Positions 1-6,830 of a stretch of 63,876 bases of DNA are shown in pieces. The notes under the pieces were generated by a model. The model worked only from the letters and a program-made list of their open reading frames with translations. It searched no databases and was not told the origin of the DNA. The stretch's first letter is position 1; every line of letters starts with the position of its first letter. This stretch comes from a virus (taxonomy: Duplodnaviria > Caudoviricetes). The translations under genes were made by a program, and so were the position numbers. Location of the stretch: positions 1-63,876 of the IMG/VR virus record IMGVR_UViG_3300031963_000134; one strand, given 5' to 3'.

Positions 1-127
1 ATAAAATTGAATATAGTACCTACACTATACTATCTATACGCTCCTATATTATTACTATTATTATTACTTATAGGGAGAGTAAGAGATAGATATTCACCCG
101 CTCGTTTAAAATCAAATTCTAAAATAT

Positions 128-233
128 CCCTTTGTACTAACTCGCTCTAGGGTGAGCAGTTGTAATGAAATAAAGTCTTAATATCATACCGATTGATTAA
201 AGATAAATAAGGATTACAACTGAGTGCAGAGGG
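128..233 (+). repeat. Structured repeat element copy 1 (three-way-junction hairpin, variable apical part)
   Basis: CCCTTTGTACT(128-138) pairs with AGTGCAGAGGG(223-233); CAGTTGTAAT(157-166) pairs with ATTACAACTG(213-222); side hairpin ACTC-GCTCTA-GGGT; arms recur at 809-953. Confidence 0.75.
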
Positions 234-267
234 GTTAATAGATTAGTAAAACTTAAAACTCAACTAT

Positions 268-474
268 ATGGTGCAATTTATTAAAAACAAAGAATCAGGT
301 GAAGAATATATGCAGCTATTTTCAATAGCACATACACCTGAAGAAGCTTTTCATATATGGAAAAGAGCTAAAGAATTGAATGTTGATGTGTGTATAGACA
401 ATAAAATGTTAGGTAATGATTGGGAAGCTAGATATGCTATTGAACAGCATTTTGGTGTTTCTTATACATTATAA
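268..474 (+). CDS. hypothetical early protein (68 aa)
   Basis: ORF with A-rich leader, flanked by repeat arms. Confidence 0.65.
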   Translation: MVQFIKNKESGEEYMQLFSIAHTPEEAFHIWKRAKELNVDVCIDNKMLGNDWEARYAIEQHFGVSYTL

Positions 475-510
475 CTGAGTACAGAGGGATTATAATAACT
501 GAGTGCAGAG
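469..510 (+). repeat. Two orphan right arms of the structured repeat
   Basis: TTATAACTGAGTACAGAGGG (469-488) and ATAACTGAGTGCAGAG (495-510) match the right arm at 214-233. Confidence 0.7.
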
Positions 511-534
511 AATATTTACTTAACGCAAAATGCT

Positions 535-741
535 ATGAATAAAGACTTAAAGCTTAACATGAAACGTCTTTCCAAAAATCTAGAGGAAAGAAACGCTCAA
601 CCTTTAGTAACACTGGCTCTAAATTCAAAAAACGAGCTGATCACCATAGCGTCAGATTCTTTATCTCTAGATGAGATACTTTATCTATTAGAGAAAGGTG
701 TGGAATTCACCAAACAAAAAATCAAAAGCGTTAATGCTTAA
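535..741 (+). CDS. hypothetical protein (68 aa)
   Basis: ORF track; plausible composition. Confidence 0.65.
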   Translation: MNKDLKLNMKRLSKNLEERNAQPLVTLALNSKNELITIASDSLSLDEILYLLEKGVEFTKQKIKSVNA

Positions 742-742
742 C

Positions 743-803
743 ATCCGAACGTGAGCCAAACACTCTTAAATGATTAGTCACGGAGCGCTGTCAGCGTTTG
801 GAT
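743..803 (+). ncRNA. small structured RNA element
   Basis: ATCCGAACG(743-751) pairs with CGTTTGGAT(795-803), enclosing small hairpins. Confidence 0.4.
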
Positions 804-808
804 TATGA

Positions 809-953
809 ATACCTTTGTACTAACCTTCGGGTGAACAGTTGTAATAAGAGTCCTGCGTTAACTACCAGGAACAGTTTGCTACATTGTTTATAATGTAGAC
901 TCTTAAGCCTTTTGAAAGAACAAAGGTGTATTACAACTGAGTGCAAAGGGTAT
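809..953 (+). repeat. Structured repeat element copy 2
   Basis: CCTTTGTACT/AGTGCAAAGG and CAGTTGTAAT/ATTACAACTG stems; side hairpin ACC-TTCG-GGT (cUUCGg); apical insert has its own stems TAAGAGTC/GACTCTTA and CTACATTG/TAATGTAG. Confidence 0.75.
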
Positions 954-966
954 AACTAATTTTTCT

Positions 967-1073
967 TATTGCATCAATAGTGAGAAAATGAGTCAAGGGA
1001 TACCAGTGACAAAGCTGAAATGCTCACCTTACAGTTTAACTGTATGATAACCAGCTCACTATTAGATGCAATA
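967..1073 (+). other. long bulged RNA stem upstream of large ncRNA (possible processing site)
   Basis: TATTGCATC-AATAGTGAG pairs with CTCACTATT-A-GATGCAATA (18 bp, one bulge). Confidence 0.55.
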
Positions 1074-1089
1074 TATTATGGTTCAATAC

Positions 1090-1940
1090 ATTAGCTATCC
1101 GGTTAGCGACCGGTATCGTACAGAAGCTGTCTCGCTGACAGCCCGTGGATTATCCTAGTTAAACGTCCCAGAAAGATTGTACTAGGTATGAATTACCCTC
1201 TCGGGGGTAAAGGTCAGCCTTCATGACCTTAAGGATAAACCAGTGATGGTATAAAGTCAATTCCCGTGGTTAGGGGATTGGCGCAGGAGTAATCCTGTCC
1301 ATAGAAAGGTATCGTATTACCTATAACTTGGTGTGCTAGTGACCGAACGGTTGATGCACAGAGTTGTAGAAGTTCCGACAGGCGGGACTTTGAGAGGGAA
1401 ACCTCAATAGAAAATACGATAAGCACTCGCAGTACACCTCGCCAAGGTGGAAACGAGTGCAAGTTGAATGGGTCTTGCTGTGAGAAATCACGTGAGAATA
1501 CCCGCTCGACAGTAAGTAGACTTGGCAGTCGAAAGCAAGGTGGAGTCATAGCTAAACTACTCAAAAGGTAGCATGCTATATGAAGTCTGAACTACTTCAT
1601 CTACCTTCCTGAACCGCTAACAATTTGGTTAGTTACCGAATCTAAGCACAAACGTTCAGACCGTGTCAACGAAAATGCTCTTATTCTGCTGTAATATGCA
1701 GACACCCTACGCTCGCAAAGCCGATGGTGAGAAGAGTGAGTACTATCTCAACTAACAGGAGGCATCTTGTTAACCTCGGCAGAGGAGTTGGTAGGAAAAC
1801 GAATCTATGGCGTTGACATGTTAAAGTCCGGTGAGAACTCTATCTCGCTGAGCATGCTACGTACGTGTAGAAATACATGTGTGTGTAACACGGGGAAACC
1901 TGTAAAAATCGTAGCACAAAGGGTCAACACTCAGCCCTTT
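1090..1940 (+). ncRNA. large ornate non-coding RNA (GOLLD/ROOL-class candidate)
   Basis: No credible ORF, raised GC, >20 hairpins with GAAA/GTAA loops, long-range helices 1310-1318/1413-1421 and 1663-1671/1811-1819, three AGTA...GAA loop-E motifs; near tRNA-like genes. Confidence 0.75.
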
Positions 1941-1983
1941 AACTGACTAAAGTTATACCAAATTATTATACATTAGTTGACTA

Positions 1984-2043
1984 GAGTTCATACCAAAGAA
2001 AGTAATGCTCCCTTTCAAGCATGAAATCTTTGGTACTGAACTC
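1984..2043 (+). other. long bulged RNA stem downstream of large ncRNA
   Basis: GAGTTCA-TACCAAAGA pairs with TCTTTGGTA-C-TGAACTC. Confidence 0.55.
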
Positions 2044-2080
2044 GAATAATTCATTGCGCTTCGTCTTATATTTTTTTTCT

Positions 2081-2155
2081 ACGCGCTCGACTTTTTAAAA
2101 ATATAACTTAGAACACACTAAATACTACTAACGCGCTCGTTTTTTATCCTATAAT
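2081..2155 (+). promoter_or_regulatory. tandem ACGCGCTCG...TATAAY motif, putative early promoters
   Basis: ACGCGCTCG at 2081 and 2131, each followed by a T tract and TATAAC (2102) or TATAAT (2150); related CGCTCG at 99. Confidence 0.4.
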
Positions 2156-2175
2156 TATTTTAACTACATTAGAAA

Positions 2176-2397
2176 ATGCTTCAGGAAACTCAAGAGCAAA
2201 CAGTAGGAGACATGATCGAAAAGCTCTCCGGTTATGTAGGTGAACTACAGGTTTTACTACTTAACAGAACTAAAAATATTGAGAGGGGTGTTGAATCTAC
2301 AAAGGATGGGTTCATTAAAAACTTCAGAATTAGAGGAGCATATAATGATGAAGCATTATTATGTGTTGTAATAGAATTTTACGAAGATGATAAGTAA
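2176..2397 (+). CDS. hypothetical protein
   Basis: ORF; overlaps next start. Confidence 0.6.
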   Translation: MLQETQEQTVGDMIEKLSGYVGELQVLLLNRTKNIERGVESTKDGFIKNFRIRGAYNDEALLCVVIEFYEDDK

Positions 2398-2626
2398 GTG
2401 GAATCATAGGGTGCTCGCGCACAAACAAAAAGATGGTGAGGTTTACTACCAAATCCATGAGGTATATTACGATAAAGAGGGGAATGCTACTGCATATACA
2501 ACAAACCCCGTCTCTATTATCGGCGACAGTATAACAGGAATACAACGAGTCCTAGATAATCTCAAAGACTCTTTAAATAAACCAGTTCTTTGGGGAGGTG
2601 AAGACTTCCCCAAGGAATGCGAATAA
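2387..2626 (+). CDS. conserved phage hypothetical protein
   Basis: WNHRV...IHEVYY motif typical of small phage proteins. Confidence 0.7.
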   Translation: MISKWNHRVLAHKQKDGEVYYQIHEVYYDKEGNATAYTTNPVSIIGDSITGIQRVLDNLKDSLNKPVLWGGEDFPKECE

Positions 2627-2631
2627 TAAAT

Positions 2632-2732
2632 AGTCAGGTGGCGGAATGGTAGACGCTTGGAGGCATCCGAAAAACGGTTTGAGTCCGTTGAAGTCTGGAA
2701 TTGACATACAGGTTCGAATCCTGTCCTGACTA
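2632..2732 (+). tRNA. atypical tRNA-Leu-scaffold element 1 (extra arm; loop TTTGAGT)
   Basis: Acceptor AGTCAGG/CCTGACT+A, class II D arm GCGGAATGGTAGACGC, T arm ACAGG-TTCGAAT-CCTGT; extra hairpin TGGA-GGCA-TCCG before stem AACGG/CCGTT; no encoded CCA. Confidence 0.65.
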
Positions 2733-2733
2733 C

Positions 2734-2859
2734 AAAGATATGCACTTGAAAAGTGCTGTGAGCAACTCGGAATAGTACGGAACTGGTAATAATTCTAGAA
2801 GCCACTTCTGAGCGAAGTCCTTAGGTTGTATAGGCAGTGGAGCGACACCACATATCTTT
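2734..2859 (+). ncRNA. multi-hairpin RNA between tRNA-like elements 1 and 2
   Basis: Closing stem AAAGATATG/CATATCTTT; internal hairpins GCACTT/AAGTGC, AGAAG/CTTCT, GTGG/CCAC. Confidence 0.5.
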
Positions 2860-2867
2860 TCTAAAAT

Positions 2868-3006
2868 AGTCAGGTGGCGGAACTGGTAGACGCTGCTATA
2901 AACCAAACATAGAAATATGTCTTCAAGGGGAAACGCTGAAACCGTGTTGAGCAATGTGTCTCAAAGTAAGTTACGGTTCATACAGGTTCGAATCCTGTCC
3001 TGACTA
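2868..3006 (+). tRNA. atypical tRNA-Leu-scaffold element 2 (139 nt, multi-hairpin insert)
   Basis: Same acceptor and T arm and near-identical D arm as element 1; interior has ACATA-GAAA-TATGT, a TTCAAGG remnant and ACCGTG/TACGGT enclosing TTGAG/CTCAA. Confidence 0.6.
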
Positions 3007-3021
3007 CTAAAAATTAAAGTA

Positions 3022-3162
3022 ATGAGAAGTAAGGTTTTTCAAAGAATATTAGATGATATGGATAAAGACCCTTGGTGGGTTAAACTTAAAAGATGGTTTG
3101 TAGTTGAATATTATGTTATTAAATGTTTAGGTTTAATAAAATATTTTAAAAATAGAAAATAG
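3022..3162 (+). CDS. small hypothetical protein (46 aa, MRSKVFQRILDDMDKDPWWVKLKRWF...)
   Basis: Read manually; very AT-rich; its TAG stop overlaps the first bases of tRNA-like element 3. Confidence 0.55.
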   Translation: MRSKVFQRILDDMDKDPWWVKLKRWFVVEYYVIKCLGLIKYFKNRK

Positions 3163-3255
3163 TCAGGTGGCGGAATTGGTTAGACGCTCGCTTCAAGGTG
3201 CGGTCAGTCAACGAAATGTAAAGCTGACGTACAGGTTCGAATCCTGTCCTGACAA
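3161..3255 (+). tRNA. atypical tRNA-Leu(CAA)-like element 3
   Basis: Same scaffold; short anticodon stem TCGC/GCGG with 8-nt loop TTCAAGGT; long variable arm GTCAG/CTGAC; first acceptor pair is A-A. Confidence 0.6.
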
Positions 3256-3257
3256 CT

Positions 3258-3497
3258 ATGAAAATCAATCTTAAAAAACTAGCACAACAAAAGGAAGCAC
3301 TCAAAGATGTAGCTTCAACTAATCAAAGTAACATGTATAGAAAGCTCCTAAGAGAGCTCACTTCTTGGATAGAAGAAGTAGAAACAGATTTAGAAATGGG
3401 CGGTGAATCTATTGTAGAATTAGATCAGGAAAGACTGACAGCAATAGAGGAACGCGATAAGTTTTTATCATTTTACAAACTAGCAGACGACATCTAA
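3258..3497 (+). CDS. hypothetical protein
   Basis: ORF, coupled to next gene (TAATG). Confidence 0.65.
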   Translation: MKINLKKLAQQKEALKDVASTNQSNMYRKLLRELTSWIEEVETDLEMGGESIVELDQERLTAIEERDKFLSFYKLADDI

Positions 3498-3919
3498 TGG
3501 TTACAGTAAACATACCAACGGACAGTGGGTTCACCCACATTTTGTTTAATCTAGCTGCTCAAGGATACTCACATATCAAAGCAGTATATAGCGGATATGG
3601 TGACAGCGGTGATGTAGAAGAAATATACGCCATCAAAAGAGGTGGTGTTAATAGTATGGAAGAAGAATACGTTGATACCGTAGATGATATTGAAAATTAT
3701 CAAGATGAAATAGGAAGGGGAAGTGACCTCTTTCATGCTATCGCAAATAACGTATTAGAACAGTTACTTAATAATCTCGACGATTGGTGGAATAACGACG
3801 GTGGCGGTGGTACTCTTTGGGTATCTACCGATGATGCTCAATTTGTATGCGAGCATTATGTCACTATCGTAACCTACGATCGTGAGGATTCTGTAGCAAC
3901 TGGTACATTTAAAGATTAA
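3497..3919 (+). CDS. DUF6878-like protein
   Basis: YSGYGDSG and WWNNDGGGG motifs. Confidence 0.65.
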   Translation: MVTVNIPTDSGFTHILFNLAAQGYSHIKAVYSGYGDSGDVEEIYAIKRGGVNSMEEEYVDTVDDIENYQDEIGRGSDLFHAIANNVLEQLLNNLDDWWNNDGGGGTLWVSTDDAQFVCEHYVTIVTYDREDSVATGTFKD

Positions 3920-3920
3920 T

Positions 3921-4262
3921 ATGGCTCATCCAGTTCAACACGCTAAGTCAAGTGTAAAAAAATTCGGTGGTGAGATAAACGATTACATTAAGATCCATGA
4001 GTGGTTTGATGAAACTAAAGCATGGATAGGACATTCCAAACATAGAATGTTCCGGCATCATAGTGAAGGTATATTTGAATGCGAAAAAATATTCGGTTCA
4101 ACTTTTACAAACTCTGAAGGTAAGATAGTCTTTACTCGTTATGTAGGGGAACAACATGTCCGCGAAGATTGTAATGGGCACATCCCATCTGCGAAAGAAT
4201 GGGTCGACAATATATCACAACCGAAGGAGTGGATGCTTAAAACTCTACATATAGAAGACTAA
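3921..4262 (+). CDS. DUF6915-like His-rich protein
   Basis: MAHP..HA.SS.KKFGG, IHEWFDETK, HRMFRHHSEG, EQHVRED motifs. Confidence 0.7.
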   Translation: MAHPVQHAKSSVKKFGGEINDYIKIHEWFDETKAWIGHSKHRMFRHHSEGIFECEKIFGSTFTNSEGKIVFTRYVGEQHVREDCNGHIPSAKEWVDNISQPKEWMLKTLHIED

Positions 4263-4263
4263 T

Positions 4264-4923
4264 ATGGCATACTTAAATCATGATATCCCCACAATAACTT
4301 GTTACATTAGAAACGAGTATTTGTATAACCATGAAAAAGGTCATGGTGAATTTACTCTCGCTGATGTACACGCTGTGGCATCCATGGAAAAGAGAGTGCC
4401 GTTGTTTGAAGCATTCCTAGAGAACGGTGTTAACTGGACAAGACGACCCATACATGCTTTCTGTTGGAGAAAGAATGCTGAGGTACTACCAATGTCCGAA
4501 CACATCTATTGGGATTGCTTCTCCCATTACATTAATGTTCAAGTTAGGTCTCGACTCTCAGGGTTGAGAGCAGATCTTATATCTATATCCGGTGTAAAGA
4601 GACAGGGTAACTACCTATTCACTCTTGATTGGGCTCACGAAAACAGGACAATGTTAGATGTAAACTTTAGCGAAACTCCTGAACATAAGTGCGGTCACGT
4701 ATTCAAGATGGACAACGGTAACTACTTTATCTATCCTAATAACCGTGTAATATGGATGGACAATGCTTGGACATTCGATAGGATTCAAAAGAATCCAGGG
4801 TACAGAATCGATATGACTGTGTACTCTATCGAACAAATGGGTGGTTACTCTACCGATAACAATTACTTTACGAACTTCACAGATGAAAAAGAAAATCCTA
4901 AGATCAATACGGACGGATTGTAA
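4264..4923 (+). CDS. conserved phage hypothetical protein
   Basis: MAYLNHDIP...RNEYLY...WDCFS...EHKCGH...YPNNR pattern recalled from aquatic phages. Confidence 0.7.
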   Translation: MAYLNHDIPTITCYIRNEYLYNHEKGHGEFTLADVHAVASMEKRVPLFEAFLENGVNWTRRPIHAFCWRKNAEVLPMSEHIYWDCFSHYINVQVRSRLSGLRADLISISGVKRQGNYLFTLDWAHENRTMLDVNFSETPEHKCGHVFKMDNGNYFIYPNNRVIWMDNAWTFDRIQKNPGYRIDMTVYSIEQMGGYSTDNNYFTNFTDEKENPKINTDGL

Positions 4924-5284
4924 CGTTAATCTTAGACCCTCTAAAGTTTGTGATGGCGTAGGAGTATTCGCATTGGTAAATATTCCCAAGCATAAAACAT
5001 TATTTAGTGATTTAAAACCCGATGAACTACATATTGGGTGGGATGAAGTGAGTAATTTACCTGACCAAATAACAGATTATTTAAGTCGGATATGTATCTC
5101 AGATAGAGACGGCTTCAAACTGAGCCGTACAGTTTCAGAGATTAACATTAGTTACTTTGTCAATCACTCTGATGATCCCAACGTTATGTACGATCAAACA
5201 TACGATCGGTATATTACGATAAGAGATATATCAGAGGGTGAAGAAATCCTTGTAAAGTATATTGATCACGAAATTGATTGGTAA
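4883..5284 (+). CDS. SET-domain lysine methyltransferase
   Basis: GVGVFA, FVNHSDDPN and RDISEGEEILVKY SET motifs; start moved to ATG 4883. Confidence 0.85.
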   Translation: MKKKILRSIRTDCNVNLRPSKVCDGVGVFALVNIPKHKTLFSDLKPDELHIGWDEVSNLPDQITDYLSRICISDRDGFKLSRTVSEINISYFVNHSDDPNVMYDQTYDRYITIRDISEGEEILVKYIDHEIDW

Positions 5285-5285
5285 T

Positions 5286-5456
5286 ATGGACGAGTTAATT
5301 AAATACGCAAACGAAGCAATAAGGAAAAGACCAGATCTCAAGGAAGATATCCTAGATTTGGTGAGTCTTTGTCAGTCTGAGATCGAAGACGGCGCATCAG
5401 TTCAAAATGAAATTGAATTGTGCCGTAATGATATCGAAGAATTGTTAGAAGACTAA
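5286..5456 (+). CDS. hypothetical protein
   Basis: ORF from ATG 5286. Confidence 0.6.
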   Translation: MDELIKYANEAIRKRPDLKEDILDLVSLCQSEIEDGASVQNEIELCRNDIEELLED

Positions 5457-5464
5457 CATTGGAT

Positions 5465-5538
5465 GCACCCTTAGCTCAATTGGATAGAGCAACTGCCTTC
5501 TAAGCAGTAGGCTATAGGTTCGATTCCTATAGGGTGTA
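5465..5538 (+). tRNA. tRNA-Arg(UCU)
   Basis: Canonical cloverleaf: GCACCCT/AGGGTGT, anticodon arm ACTGC-CTTCTAA-GCAGT, T loop TTCGATT. Confidence 0.95.
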
Positions 5539-5585
5539 CGGTATTTTTTGTTTCTAGCTTACAATAATCGTTCTTTGATTAACCC

Positions 5586-5626
5586 GCTTCCTCTCCCCAC
5601 TGCTACTAGGGGAGAGGAGCTTTTTT
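5586..5626 (+). terminator. rho-independent terminator
   Basis: CCTCTCCCC/GGGGAGAGG stem followed by T6. Confidence 0.75.
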
Positions 5627-5631
5627 ATCTA

Positions 5632-5970
5632 ATGCTTATGATTGAACACCTCTGGTTTTGGGAAAATAGGAAAAAGAAAAAGTCTAGGACTCCTATTAAC
5701 TATCCTATTACAGCTATACTCATAGTTAGTGTAGCTGCTCATGCATTTATAGCATATGGTATTTGGGAAAAACTTAATCAAGAGAAACGAAAAGTAGCTC
5801 TCATGTTTCCTACTCTCCAAAGAATAATGATAATCGAAAGAGATGTCAATCTATTAAAGAGAGGAAGTACCTGGTTGTTTGTTTTACCTTGTGATAAAAA
5901 ATCAAAACATGGAATTAACCCGCCGACTCAAGAATTTATTCAAAAGGACCAAAAAACTTGTGCCTTCTGA
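5632..5970 (+). CDS. putative membrane protein
   Basis: Basic patch followed by hydrophobic segment; overlaps next gene; uncertain. Confidence 0.35.
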   Translation: MLMIEHLWFWENRKKKKSRTPINYPITAILIVSVAAHAFIAYGIWEKLNQEKRKVALMFPTLQRIMIIERDVNLLKRGSTWLFVLPCDKKSKHGINPPTQEFIQKDQKTCAF

Positions 5971-6262
5971 GAATCCCGTAAGAGTGTATGAAATCAATCC
6001 TGATGGCTCAGAGATATCTGAGTCACTAGGTATCACCGAAGAAAGGGTAGAGTATCTCCAAAAGAAAATCAAACATCTTTTTATTGAAGAAAGTACATTC
6101 ACTAAGATGTTTGAAGAGATCTCGAAAGAAACAGTTCATGCCAATGAACTAGCATATTGTTGTTTTGCTATTGGTGGTATTGTTGGAAAGACCAGCATAG
6201 ACCCAATCATTAAAATCATCGAGAAACTTAAAGACCAAAACGATGGAACAAGCAACGATTGA
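5909..6262 (+). CDS. hypothetical protein
   Basis: ATG 5909 with A-rich leader. Confidence 0.7.
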   Translation: MELTRRLKNLFKRTKKLVPSENPVRVYEINPDGSEISESLGITEERVEYLQKKIKHLFIEESTFTKMFEEISKETVHANELAYCCFAIGGIVGKTSIDPIIKIIEKLKDQNDGTSND

Positions 6263-6770
6263 AAAGTGTAGGAAACTTCGCAACACCTACGATTACTCAA
6301 GACTGTTTAACTATTGCACCAAAGTGTGCTATGAAGCTATCAATAATCCGGATATACTGCCAAATTGGATTACTGCATCTGGACTTGATGTTGTAGATGA
6401 CAATACCAGATTCTTTAAATTGAAGTTCGGTCACTATGTTGTAGCTAAACTCCCCAAACATTATTGTAATGTCTACGATAGTTTGGTACATGCCTTCGCA
6501 TTGTTGTTGGAAGTAGACTTTGAGAAGTTTAAGAAGGTATCATTCACACAAGATCAAGCCGTGTATGATTATCTCTCCACTCTTCCTAGCTCAAACATCT
6601 CAGATCATATTACAGTGGTTGAAACCAAACAGTTTTATAAACTGAGGTTTCAAAATAGCGATGATATGATTGTTGTGTATGATAAGGTTGCTAACAAGTC
6701 TTTAAACGGAGCATTCTATTTCCTCCGTTTGGATAACAATCCTATCTACTCCAACAGTAACAATAACTGA
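6243..6770 (+). CDS. hypothetical protein
   Basis: ORF 175 aa. Confidence 0.7.
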   Translation: MEQATIEKCRKLRNTYDYSRLFNYCTKVCYEAINNPDILPNWITASGLDVVDDNTRFFKLKFGHYVVAKLPKHYCNVYDSLVHAFALLLEVDFEKFKKVSFTQDQAVYDYLSTLPSSNISDHITVVETKQFYKLRFQNSDDMIVVYDKVANKSLNGAFYFLRLDNNPIYSNSNNN

Positions 6771-6777
6771 TAAATAA

Positions 6778-6806
6778 AGGGTTCCTCTAATAACAAGAGG
6801 AACCCT
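6778..6806. terminator. intergenic hairpin
   Basis: AGGGTTCCTC/GAGGAACCCT perfect stem; weak U tract. Confidence 0.5.
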
Positions 6807-6830
6807 CTGAGGCGTACTACAAAACACAAT

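Noticed and set aside
20-80. TAT/TAC low-complexity tract with weak inverted repeat as replication origin
   Set aside because: At the window edge, low complexity, no iterons; insufficient evidence.
128-953. CRISPR array or integron attC cassettes
   Set aside because: Few repeats with irregular spacing, no cas or integrase in the window, no RYYYAAC/GTTRRRY ends; G-U variation points to RNA structure.
1265-1280. Pistol ribozyme-like start CGTGGTTAGGG
   Set aside because: The complementary CCACG and downstream conserved elements are absent; the segment instead forms the GTCAATTCCC/GGGGATTGGC hairpin.
1229-1564. 111-aa minus-strand ORF
   Set aside because: Non-ATG start, atypical composition, antisense to the structured RNA.
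1090-1940. Group I/II intron, RNase P RNA or tmRNA
   Set aside because: No interrupted host gene, and I found no group II domain V, group I P7 core, RNase P P4 signature or tmRNA termini by eye; an Rfam scan is still needed.
2868-3006. Intron-containing tRNA
   Set aside because: Insert too short for a self-splicing intron and no bulge-helix-bulge that restores a normal anticodon arm.
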